Below, in pieces: positions 46,001-53,850 of a stretch of 62,375 nucleotides of DNA; positions within the stretch are counted from its first letter, which is position 1, and each line of letters opens with the position of its first letter. The stretch lies in IMG/VR virus record IMGVR_UViG_3300023079_000004, positions 1 to 62,375 of that record; one strand, given 5' to 3'. Origin of the DNA: a virus (Duplodnaviria; Caudoviricetes). The notes beneath the pieces were generated by a model that made no database searches, was not told where the DNA came from, and saw nothing but the letters and a program-made list of their open reading frames with translations. Both the position numbers and the translations under genes were made by a program.

Positions 46001-46185
46001 TTGCGATGATGGTAACGCCCCTCCGGCCACCGCTGGCACAGGCCCCGGCATCGGGCCTCAGATGACTCCTGCGGGGAGAGAGGGCGGGGAGGGTGTCCGG
46101 CTTAGGGTTGCCGCTCAGAACTCGTCTGCGTCGGTGCCAGCCACTCAGTACCGGTTCTCCCCCGCCAGCCCCACTACCCCCGGCG

Positions 46186-46247
46186 CAAAAAAGACCGCCT
46201 CATGCGCACGCGTATACGCGTACGTGCGCGCGAGGCCTCCTGTTTTG
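46186..46247. repeat. Imperfect palindrome with alternating purine-pyrimidine core, copy 2 (candidate origin)
   Basis: CAAAAAAG..GCCTCATGCGCACGCGTATACGCGTACGTGCGCGCGAGGC..CTGTTTTG upstream of the primase-helicase. Confidence 0.7.
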
Positions 46248-46459
46248 TCCGGCCGGGCCGAGCCACCGGCCAGAGAGTGACGACACAACGACTGGTACAA
46301 ACCAGCGGATCAACAGGACGCAAAGAAAGACCACCGGCATGTACCGGCGTGCGGTACCGTTATCGGCGCTGGCCACCAACGCCCGGCTAGCAACGCTTAC
46401 GCTCGAACTCATTCTCAAGAGAGAAGAGAGGTCGGTCGTACGTAGGTAAAGGGAGGAGG

Positions 46460-46717
46460 GTGATGGCGAACGACACCCTTTCGCCGGTTGGCTTCGAGCG
46501 GCCGTTCATCAAGACGAACGTGTCCCACGAAGCTCGGTTTGCGATGGCGTGCTTGCTCGGCCGACATGGCGGGGAGCCGGGAGACATGGTCCGGCATCTG
46601 CTGTGGCTCGGGCTGGAGCAGATGGGCTGGTCGGAAGAGCGGATCATCAGGGAGTACGCCGAGTACCGCGTGCGGTGCTTACGGAGCGACGAGACAAATG
46701 CATACGGCAAGGAGTAG
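46460..46717 (+). CDS. Putative RHH-like DNA-binding protein
   Basis: GGAGGAGG RBS; FIKTNVS strand plus two helices. Confidence 0.55.
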   Translation: MMANDTLSPVGFERPFIKTNVSHEARFAMACLLGRHGGEPGDMVRHLLWLGLEQMGWSEERIIREYAEYRVRCLRSDETNAYGKE

Positions 46718-46720
46718 GGG

Positions 46721-49579
46721 ATGGGTCGTCGGGGCGAAGGGTGGCGGGGCAAGTTCACCCAATGGCTCGTGCGGGAAGAGAAGGACGGGGAGACCCGCGC
46801 GTACTGCCCCTTGCACGAGGACCCGCTCAGCAGCAAGACGCCGAGCGCCAGCTTCAACTTCAAGACCGGCAAGTTCATGTGCTTCAGCCGGTGCGGCGGG
46901 TACGCCGTCAGTCAGGTCTGGCAACTCCTCCAGGAGGGCACCGAGCCCGAGCGCAAGGTAGAGCAGCGTCAGCCGAAGGACGAGGTGGCGGAGGCTCGCC
47001 GCAAGCGGCGCGCACGGGCCGAGGGGCGCACGGTGGCTCTGCCGACGGAGGACGAAGTTGCCGAGTGGCGGGACCGCCTCCAGGGCAAGCAAGACCTCCT
47101 GCGAGAGATCCTGGTCAAGCGTGGCCTCCAACGCTCCACCTTGCGCCGGTACGACATCGGCTGGGACGGAGAACGACTCGTCATCCCGGTCCGTGACGAG
47201 GCGGGGCAACTGGTGAACCTTCGCCGGTACGGCATGGGTCTCCGGGCTAACAAGATGGTCAACTGGCCCGGGTACGGCGATGCCACGCTCTACGGGCTGG
47301 ACGCCCTGACGCAGCGCCGCGTCATCCTGTCCGAAGGTGAGATGGACAAGCTGATCCTTCGGCAGTACCGCTTCCCGAGCCTGACAGCTACGGCCGGAGC
47401 GGGCACGTGGTTCAGCGAGTGGAACCGCTACTTTGCAGGCAAGATCGTCTACATCTGCTATGACGTCGACGAGGGTGGAGAGAACGGCGCGCGCAAGGTG
47501 GCCAACGAGCTGCGCGTTGCGGCTCAGGCGGTCCACATCATCAAGCTACCGTTGCAGGCCAAGGGTAGCGACGTCACGGACTACTTCGTGCACCAGGGGC
47601 ACGGACGCCAGAGCTTCATCGATCTGATGAAAGCCACACCGCCGTACCGGGAGCGCAAGCTCAGCCGGGAACGCGCGCGGACGGCTACCGAGGTGCCCGA
47701 GGTGCGCATGCGCAACAGCTTCGACCCGGGGCTCCTGGACAAGCCCATCAGCATGGTGGCAACCATCTCCGGTCGTAGTGCCACCCCGACTGCCCTCCCT
47801 CGCAGGATCGAGCTGACCTGTGGGATGGACTGGCAGAAGACGAAGTGCGCCAAATGTCCGATGGAGAACCTGTGGGGCGGTCAGCACAAGCACGAGGTCC
47901 CGGCTGACGACCGGCTGGTCCTCAAGATGATGGACATGCCGGACGACAAGCGAGGCGCTGAAGTCCTGCGCGCACTGGAGATCCCGAGCACCTGCCCGAA
48001 GGTGGAGTTCACTTTGCACGACCAGTGGCGCATCGACGAGCTGGCCGTGGTACCGAACATCGATGACCCGGACGAGGGTGAAGGCGAGCAGGTGCTCCGG
48101 CGCATCTTCAACGTGACGGAGCAGGGGAAGCTCACGCCGGTCAACACCACCGCTCGGCTCACCGGGGTCAGCACGGCCAACCCGAAGAACGGGCAGGTGG
48201 TCTTCCAGAGCTGGGACATGCAAGAGACGAAGACCAGCCTGGACCGCTTCGTCATGACGGAGGAGCTGCGTGGAGCACTGGAGGATGTCTTCCAGCCGGG
48301 ACCAGCACAGACGCCAATGGATAAGCTCACCGAGCTGGCTCGGGACCTGGCTGCCAATGTCACACACATTTACGGACGACCCGAACTGCACATTGCATAC
48401 GACCTCGTCTGGCATTCTGTCCTGGACTTTCCCTTCCGGGGTAGTCGTCTCGGCAAGGGTTGGCTCGAGCTACTGGTCATGGGAGACACCAGGACGGGCA
48501 AGAGTGAAGCGGCAGAGCGACTGCGGCACCACTATCAGTGTGGTGTACTCAAGAGCTGCGAAGGGGCTACCCTCGCGGGACTTGTCGGTGGCGCTCAACA
48601 GATTGGCAATAGCTGGGTCATCACCTGGGGCACCATCCCGCTCCAAGACCGGCGTCTTGTCATCCTTGACGAGGTGTCCGGCATGCAGGACAAGAACATC
48701 ATCGAACAGATGAGCGCGGTACGCAGCTCTGGCCGGGCACAGGTGAGCAAGATCGTCAGCCAGGAGACGTTCGCCCGAACGCGAACCATCTGGCTGGGCA
48801 ACCCGGTGGACGGCCGCAGCATTCGGGAGCACAACAACGGAGCCATCGACGCCATCCAGAAACTCATCCCGAACCCCGAAGACATCGCGCGGTTCGACTT
48901 GGCGATGGTGGCCGCGCAAGCCGACGTCAACAGCACCGTCATCAATGCCGCCACCCCACCCCGCGCTCCTCGCAGGGCTACGCAGGCGCTGAGTAGCGCG
49001 CTGGTGACGTGGGCGTGGAGTCGGACGGCCGAGGAGGTGCTGTGGGGCAAGGGCGTCGAGCGCCGAGTGCTGACTGCGGCGGAGGAGCTGGGGAGGCGGT
49101 ACATTCCCGACCCACCACTCATCCAGCCGGAGAACGTGCGCGTGAAGCTGGCTCGCCTCGCGGTGGCCATTGCCGCGCGGCTGTTCAGCCATGACGGCAC
49201 CGGGCAGAAGGTCCTCGTGCAAGAGGAGCACGTCCGGGCTGCCGTTGAGTTCCTGGACGATCTGTACGGCCGTCGGTGGTTCGGGTATGCCGACCACAGT
49301 CGCAAGGAGCTCCGGGCACGGGCCGCCGCCGAGGAAAACGTCAACGCCTGCAAGGCGATGCTCGTCAGCCACGACGGCATCCTGGACACCTTGAAGACGG
49401 TAATCAACGACACGCAATTCCGAGCCCGCGACTTCGAGGAGTTCGGCGGGATGGACAAAGACATGGCCGGTCAGGCGGTGTCTTCCCTGCTGACCATGGG
49501 TATGGTTCGTAGGCGTGCCAAGGGGTACATCAACATGATGCCGGAGCTGATCGGCATCGTTAGGGATCTGGAGAGCTGA
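46721..49579 (+). CDS. Primase-helicase: CHC2 Zn finger + TOPRIM + MCM-like AAA+
   Basis: CPLHED..C...C; SEGEMD and YDVD; GDTRTGKS, ILDE and RFDL. Confidence 0.9.
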   Translation: MGRRGEGWRGKFTQWLVREEKDGETRAYCPLHEDPLSSKTPSASFNFKTGKFMCFSRCGGYAVSQVWQLLQEGTEPERKVEQRQPKDEVAEARRKRRARAEGRTVALPTEDEVAEWRDRLQGKQDLLREILVKRGLQRSTLRRYDIGWDGERLVIPVRDEAGQLVNLRRYGMGLRANKMVNWPGYGDATLYGLDALTQRRVILSEGEMDKLILRQYRFPSLTATAGAGTWFSEWNRYFAGKIVYICYDVDEGGENGARKVANELRVAAQAVHIIKLPLQAKGSDVTDYFVHQGHGRQSFIDLMKATPPYRERKLSRERARTATEVPEVRMRNSFDPGLLDKPISMVATISGRSATPTALPRRIELTCGMDWQKTKCAKCPMENLWGGQHKHEVPADDRLVLKMMDMPDDKRGAEVLRALEIPSTCPKVEFTLHDQWRIDELAVVPNIDDPDEGEGEQVLRRIFNVTEQGKLTPVNTTARLTGVSTANPKNGQVVFQSWDMQETKTSLDRFVMTEELRGALEDVFQPGPAQTPMDKLTELARDLAANVTHIYGRPELHIAYDLVWHSVLDFPFRGSRLGKGWLELLVMGDTRTGKSEAAERLRHHYQCGVLKSCEGATLAGLVGGAQQIGNSWVITWGTIPLQDRRLVILDEVSGMQDKNIIEQMSAVRSSGRAQVSKIVSQETFARTRTIWLGNPVDGRSIREHNNGAIDAIQKLIPNPEDIARFDLAMVAAQADVNSTVINAATPPRAPRRATQALSSALVTWAWSRTAEEVLWGKGVERRVLTAAEELGRRYIPDPPLIQPENVRVKLARLAVAIAARLFSHDGTGQKVLVQEEHVRAAVEFLDDLYGRRWFGYADHSRKELRARAAAEENVNACKAMLVSHDGILDTLKTVINDTQFRARDFEEFGGMDKDMAGQAVSSLLTMGMVRRRAKGYINMMPELIGIVRDLES

Positions 49580-50436
49580 TGTTCGGTAGACCGAGGAACG
49601 TCTACATTCTCGGGGCTGGCCCGGCTGCCCTGCTGGCTGCGCATGCGGTGCGCGAGGTGCACCCCCGGGCAAAGGTTATTCTCTTCAGCATGCCGGACCA
49701 CGCGCTCGGTCGGGCCAAGAAGAGCGAGCTGCACGGCTGCCAGTATCTCCACCAGTACATCCCGGACCTCGGCCTCCCGCAGGAGGGGGCGACGGTGCGG
49801 TACGAGGTGCTCGGGCCGTACGAGGGGTACCGCGAGAAGGTGTACGGGCAGAACTGGACGGGCAACACGAGCGTCGACGAGTACGGCCCGGAGCAGACGC
49901 ACGAGGCGTGGGACCTCCGGCAGGCGTACGAGGTCCTCTGGGCCACCTTCGAGCCGTTCGTCTTCCCCACGTTGGTGAACTCGGCGGTGCTCCGCCCGCT
50001 GCTCGACGACCGCAACGGCATCGTCTTCAGCACTGTCCCGCAGCGCAGCCTCTGCATCAACCCGGACCACGAGTTCAAGACGCAGGACGTGTGGGCGATG
50101 GGCAGCAAGGTTCATCTGAAGGTTGACCCTTCTCATGGTGCTGGACCGGGGTTCACGCCGAGTGGCATGCCCTACCGGGCACCCGACATGACGGTGCAGT
50201 GCAACGGCAACCGCGACACCGCGTGGTACCGCGCGGCTACCGTGTTCGGCCACAGCACGCTCGAGTGGCCGCTGGCTAAGAAGCCGCCGGTACCCGGGGT
50301 CGCGGCCGTCAAGAAGCCGCTGAGCACCGATTGTGACTGCTGGCCGGGCATGGTGCGCCTCGGCCGGTACGGCACGTGGAAGAAGGGTGTGCTGGTGCAC
50401 ACCGCGTACAACGAGGTTGCGGAGAAGTTGCGATGA
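49579..50436 (+). CDS. FAD-dependent oxidoreductase-like protein
   Basis: ILGAGPAALLAA Rossmann loop; C-terminal LGRYGTW (UDP-galactopyranose mutase-like GR motif). Confidence 0.75.
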   Translation: MFGRPRNVYILGAGPAALLAAHAVREVHPRAKVILFSMPDHALGRAKKSELHGCQYLHQYIPDLGLPQEGATVRYEVLGPYEGYREKVYGQNWTGNTSVDEYGPEQTHEAWDLRQAYEVLWATFEPFVFPTLVNSAVLRPLLDDRNGIVFSTVPQRSLCINPDHEFKTQDVWAMGSKVHLKVDPSHGAGPGFTPSGMPYRAPDMTVQCNGNRDTAWYRAATVFGHSTLEWPLAKKPPVPGVAAVKKPLSTDCDCWPGMVRLGRYGTWKKGVLVHTAYNEVAEKLR

Positions 50437-50702
50437 AGAGTCGGTGGGAGCAGGCGAGCCGCGTCGAGCGCATCCCGGAGCAGGAGAAGAACACCCACGA
50501 CGCCGGGCCGTTCACTGGCACTCCCGGTACGCCGGGGGCGCTGGCATGCTGCATGCCGGTGGTCCTTGCGTGGTTCCTCCCGGGGCACGCCGGGCTGCGT
50601 CTGGTGGGTGTGCGGCACATCGGTCCGGGGTGCCGAGGGAGGGTCGAGCGCATCGACGTCGGCTACTGGCTGACGCGCGGGCGGTGGAGGAAGCCGCGAT
50701 GA
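50433..50702 (+). CDS. Hypothetical protein
   Basis: ATGA overlaps on both sides. Confidence 0.5.
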   Translation: MKSRWEQASRVERIPEQEKNTHDAGPFTGTPGTPGALACCMPVVLAWFLPGHAGLRLVGVRHIGPGCRGRVERIDVGYWLTRGRWRKPR

Positions 50703-51358
50703 GGCCGGTGATTGCCCTCGACGTCGATGGCACCCTGGTGGACTACCACGCGCACTTCACCGAGTTCGCCGTGCAGTACTTCGACTTGGACATGGAGCAC
50801 TTCGCCTTCGAGAAGTACGACGCTCGGATGCCCTTCTACAAGTTTCTCGGCATCAGCAAGGAGAAGTACCGCCAGTGCAAGATGGCGTACCGGCGCGGGG
50901 AGCTGAAGCGTTCGGTACCGCTTCTTCCTCAGCCATACCCCGACGCCCCCACCCTCACGAAGCAGCTCCGGCTCTGGGGCGTTGACATCTGGCTCTGCAC
51001 GACGCGGCCGTACCTTGCGTACGACGCCATCGACAGCGCCACTCGGCACAATCTGAAACGACATGGAATCTCCTACCAGGGCATTATCTGGGGCGAACGC
51101 AAGTACCATGAACTGGTACGCACGGTGGGCCGCGAGCGCATCGTGGGTGTGTTGGACGACCTTCCCGCCATGTGTGATCAGGCAGTGCGGCTCAGAATGC
51201 GTACAGCGCTGGCGGTCAGGCCGCACAACGAAATGCAGATGCTCGGCTATCAGGGTCCGGGAACTTTCCCCGGCAACTTGCCGTGGGAAGCGGCAAGAAC
51301 GCACGACGACACGCTGGCGCTGTTCAGGCGCTGGCTCACAGACTGGAGAGGCAAGTGA
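50699..51358 (+). CDS. HAD-family 5'(3')-deoxyribonucleotidase-like protein
   Basis: ALDVDGTL, CTTRP, K, VLDD and RPHN. Confidence 0.85.
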   Translation: MRPVIALDVDGTLVDYHAHFTEFAVQYFDLDMEHFAFEKYDARMPFYKFLGISKEKYRQCKMAYRRGELKRSVPLLPQPYPDAPTLTKQLRLWGVDIWLCTTRPYLAYDAIDSATRHNLKRHGISYQGIIWGERKYHELVRTVGRERIVGVLDDLPAMCDQAVRLRMRTALAVRPHNEMQMLGYQGPGTFPGNLPWEAARTHDDTLALFRRWLTDWRGK

Positions 51359-51768
51359 CCATCGACGTCGCGCCCGTAACCTTTCGGGCGTTCGTGTTGC
51401 AGCGGGGACAGCGCACCGACACCATTCAGGGGCGTCAGTACCGGGTCAGCACCGACCACAAAGGGCGGACGGTCATCGGTCCGGCCCGACACCGCAAGAT
51501 GAGCTCGGAGCCGAAGGCCCGGGAGGTAGACCCGGCAGCCGTCACGGCCGCGTTCAGCCGGATCAGGACGCCCTGGCCCGCCCCTCCTCCGCAGAAGCCC
51601 AGCCGCTGGCAGCGCGTCAAGGACCGGGTGGCGGCTGCGTGGGATCTTTTCACCGACCCGGACTGGCACCGACTCGTGCAGCACGTGGCGGTGGACGTCC
51701 TCGTCTGGGCGCTGGCCATCGGCGTCGTGGGCCTGGTGTCCCGAGCGCTGTACTGGGCGTGGTCGTGA
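51355..51768 (+). CDS. Membrane protein
   Basis: C-terminal TM; GTGA overlap. Confidence 0.6.
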   Translation: MTIDVAPVTFRAFVLQRGQRTDTIQGRQYRVSTDHKGRTVIGPARHRKMSSEPKAREVDPAAVTAAFSRIRTPWPAPPPQKPSRWQRVKDRVAAAWDLFTDPDWHRLVQHVAVDVLVWALAIGVVGLVSRALYWAWS

Positions 51769-52271
51769 TGTTGAGCCATGTCTTTCGTACGAGGCCCGGA
51801 GACGGCAACGAGAGCGGGTGCTCGTACACCGAGCTCATGATGCTGTGCGGGAAGGCTCCCGAGGACCCCATCCACGGCAGAAAGATCGAGGTTCTCGGGG
51901 AGAGGGTGAGGCCGTCGGAGGGCGGGGAAGAGCCGGTGGTCATCTACCACTCTCAGACCCCGGCGCTGGTGGCGTGGGACAGCTTCTCGGCCGAGGTGCG
52001 AGCCCTCATCGCCAAGAAGAGCGAGGGTTACGGCAACGCGTGGCAGGAGCAGGGCTACATGGGCAACCTGGCCCGCATCCTCAGCAAGACCGCGCGCTTG
52101 CGGAACATGCTCTGGCGGGAAAACCCCTGGCTCGGTACGGGTGGCGACGAGGCTAGCGAAGAGCAAGAGTCTGCGCTCGACACCCTGCACGACATGGCTG
52201 CGCTCTGCGCGTTCTTCGTCGCCAACCTTCGGATGGGCCAGAGGTGGGGTCGCCGTGGCAATGATTCCTGA
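51768..52271 (+). CDS. Nmad1/DUF1599-like all-alpha NTP pyrophosphatase with N-terminal H-C-C-H module
   Basis: KK..GYGNAW...G...RI..K..RL and ES..DTL.D.A. Confidence 0.75.
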   Translation: MLSHVFRTRPGDGNESGCSYTELMMLCGKAPEDPIHGRKIEVLGERVRPSEGGEEPVVIYHSQTPALVAWDSFSAEVRALIAKKSEGYGNAWQEQGYMGNLARILSKTARLRNMLWRENPWLGTGGDEASEEQESALDTLHDMAALCAFFVANLRMGQRWGRRGNDS

Positions 52272-52515
52272 GGCGCACCGCCTGCATGAGAACGGGTCTC
52301 CCGAACGCATCGAGTACGTGTCCAACGAAAACGGCTCGATGCAGGTGCACTTCTGCATGAGGTGCCACCGGGTTGTGGCGGCGCAGTGCGAGCACGACAA
52401 GAACACGTGGCACGACGCGAAGGGCGACCCGATCCCCAAGGAAGAGATCCTTGGGGAAGGCGGTCGGCGGGCCGTTCGGCTGACGTGTGACCTGTGCGGG
52501 GCGGACGGCACATGA
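52261..52515 (+). CDS. Small zinc-binding protein
   Basis: CMRC, CEH and CDLCG.DGT. Confidence 0.65.
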   Translation: MIPEAHRLHENGSPERIEYVSNENGSMQVHFCMRCHRVVAAQCEHDKNTWHDAKGDPIPKEEILGEGGRRAVRLTCDLCGADGT

Positions 52516-53153
52516 GCCCCTCCCTAGCAACCGAAGTGGGTCGACGTACGCTGCTGAACCGGCTGTACGCCGAGTACGCCGACGACCCCGCCTTCGCGCA
52601 CATGCTCCCGCACACCAACGGCGTCGTGCCCGGTGACGGCCCCACACGCCCTCGGCTGGTGTTCGTGGGCGAAGCACCGGGTAGCCACGAGGACAAGCAG
52701 CGCAAGCCGTTCGTCGGTGCCAGCGGTCGGTTCCTCGACAAGCTCCTGGCCTCCGTCAAGCTCTCCCGGGAGGAGATCTTCATCACCAACACGGTGAAGA
52801 TTCGCCCGGTGGTCCTGCGCGGGAAGGTGGGGTCGGGCAATCGACCCCCGACCGAGGAGGAGAAGCTGGCGAGCATCCCGTACTTGCGCCGAGAGATGCG
52901 CCTTCTGGGGTACCCGCCTATCGTCGTACTCGGCAAGCACGCCAAGGGTGCCATGGCCCGGCTCCCGGAGCGGGGTTACGATCTCGGAGACCCGGCGCTC
53001 GCCATGAAGCTGGGCGAGTGGAACACGGTGCTCGGGGTACCGATGCTGCCGCTGCATCACCCGGCATACGGCATCTACCAGCAGGCCAACCAACCCATGA
53101 TGTTCGACATGTTCAAGAAGGTCCTCGAAGCCCCGGGAGGGCGGTTGCGATGA
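52512..53153 (+). CDS. Uracil-DNA glycosylase, family 4-like
   Basis: VGEAPG..ED....PFVG.SG, ITN.VK.RP, NR.PT and HPAY. Confidence 0.9.
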   Translation: MSPSLATEVGRRTLLNRLYAEYADDPAFAHMLPHTNGVVPGDGPTRPRLVFVGEAPGSHEDKQRKPFVGASGRFLDKLLASVKLSREEIFITNTVKIRPVVLRGKVGSGNRPPTEEEKLASIPYLRREMRLLGYPPIVVLGKHAKGAMARLPERGYDLGDPALAMKLGEWNTVLGVPMLPLHHPAYGIYQQANQPMMFDMFKKVLEAPGGRLR

Positions 53154-53647
53154 AGCTCAGCGACGGAACGCTGCGCAAGCTGGTCGAGCGGGGAGACATC
53201 GAGTTCGTGCCGGGGTTGACCGACCAGCAATGGCAACCCTGCTCCGTGGACCTACGCCTCGGTACGAGCTTCCAGTCGCCCGGCAAGCCTCGGCTCATCA
53301 CCAGCTCCTACAAACTGCACCCCGGGGAGTTCGTGCTGGGGTGTACCCAGGAGCGGGTACGCCTCGGACGGGCATTCATGGGGCAGGTGGAGGGCCGGAG
53401 TACCTGGGCGCGACGCGGTCTTCAGGTGCATGCCGCCGGGCTGGTAGACCCCGGCTTCGACGGGGAGCTGACGCTGGAGTTGGTGAATCTGGGCTCCTTC
53501 CCCCTCGCCCTCTCCGCAGGAGAGCGCATCTGCCAGATGACCATCGAGCGGCTGGACTGGCCTGCGGTCCGTCCGTATGGTCACGCGGCTCTCGGCTCGA
53601 AGTACCAGCACCAGATCGGCGCTACGTCCGCCTCCGAGCACGAGTAG
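53150..53647 (+). CDS. dcd: dCTP deaminase
   Basis: QP.SVDLRLG, GRSTWARRGL, VDPGFDGELTLEL, RICQ and SKYQ.Q. Confidence 0.93.
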   Translation: MKLSDGTLRKLVERGDIEFVPGLTDQQWQPCSVDLRLGTSFQSPGKPRLITSSYKLHPGEFVLGCTQERVRLGRAFMGQVEGRSTWARRGLQVHAAGLVDPGFDGELTLELVNLGSFPLALSAGERICQMTIERLDWPAVRPYGHAALGSKYQHQIGATSASEHE

Positions 53648-53652
53648 GGGAC

Positions 53653-53850
53653 ATGCCTCTCATTGCCAGGAAGAAGATGCTGGCACTTCTCCCGCCGTGC
53701 ACCTGTGGGCGTGGGGCTTATCCGCCCGACGATGAGTTCGGCCGCACGTGGTGGTATGCCCTGTCGAGCTCGTGTGCTCGATGCTGGCCGGAGGCAGACT
53801 ACTGGCTGCGCATCGGCGTACTGATCCGGGAGGGCACCCTGTGGCTCTGA
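53653..53850 (+). CDS. Small Cys-rich protein
   Basis: CTCG...CARC; fills the gap. Confidence 0.5.
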   Translation: MPLIARKKMLALLPPCTCGRGAYPPDDEFGRTWWYALSSSCARCWPEADYWLRIGVLIREGTLWL

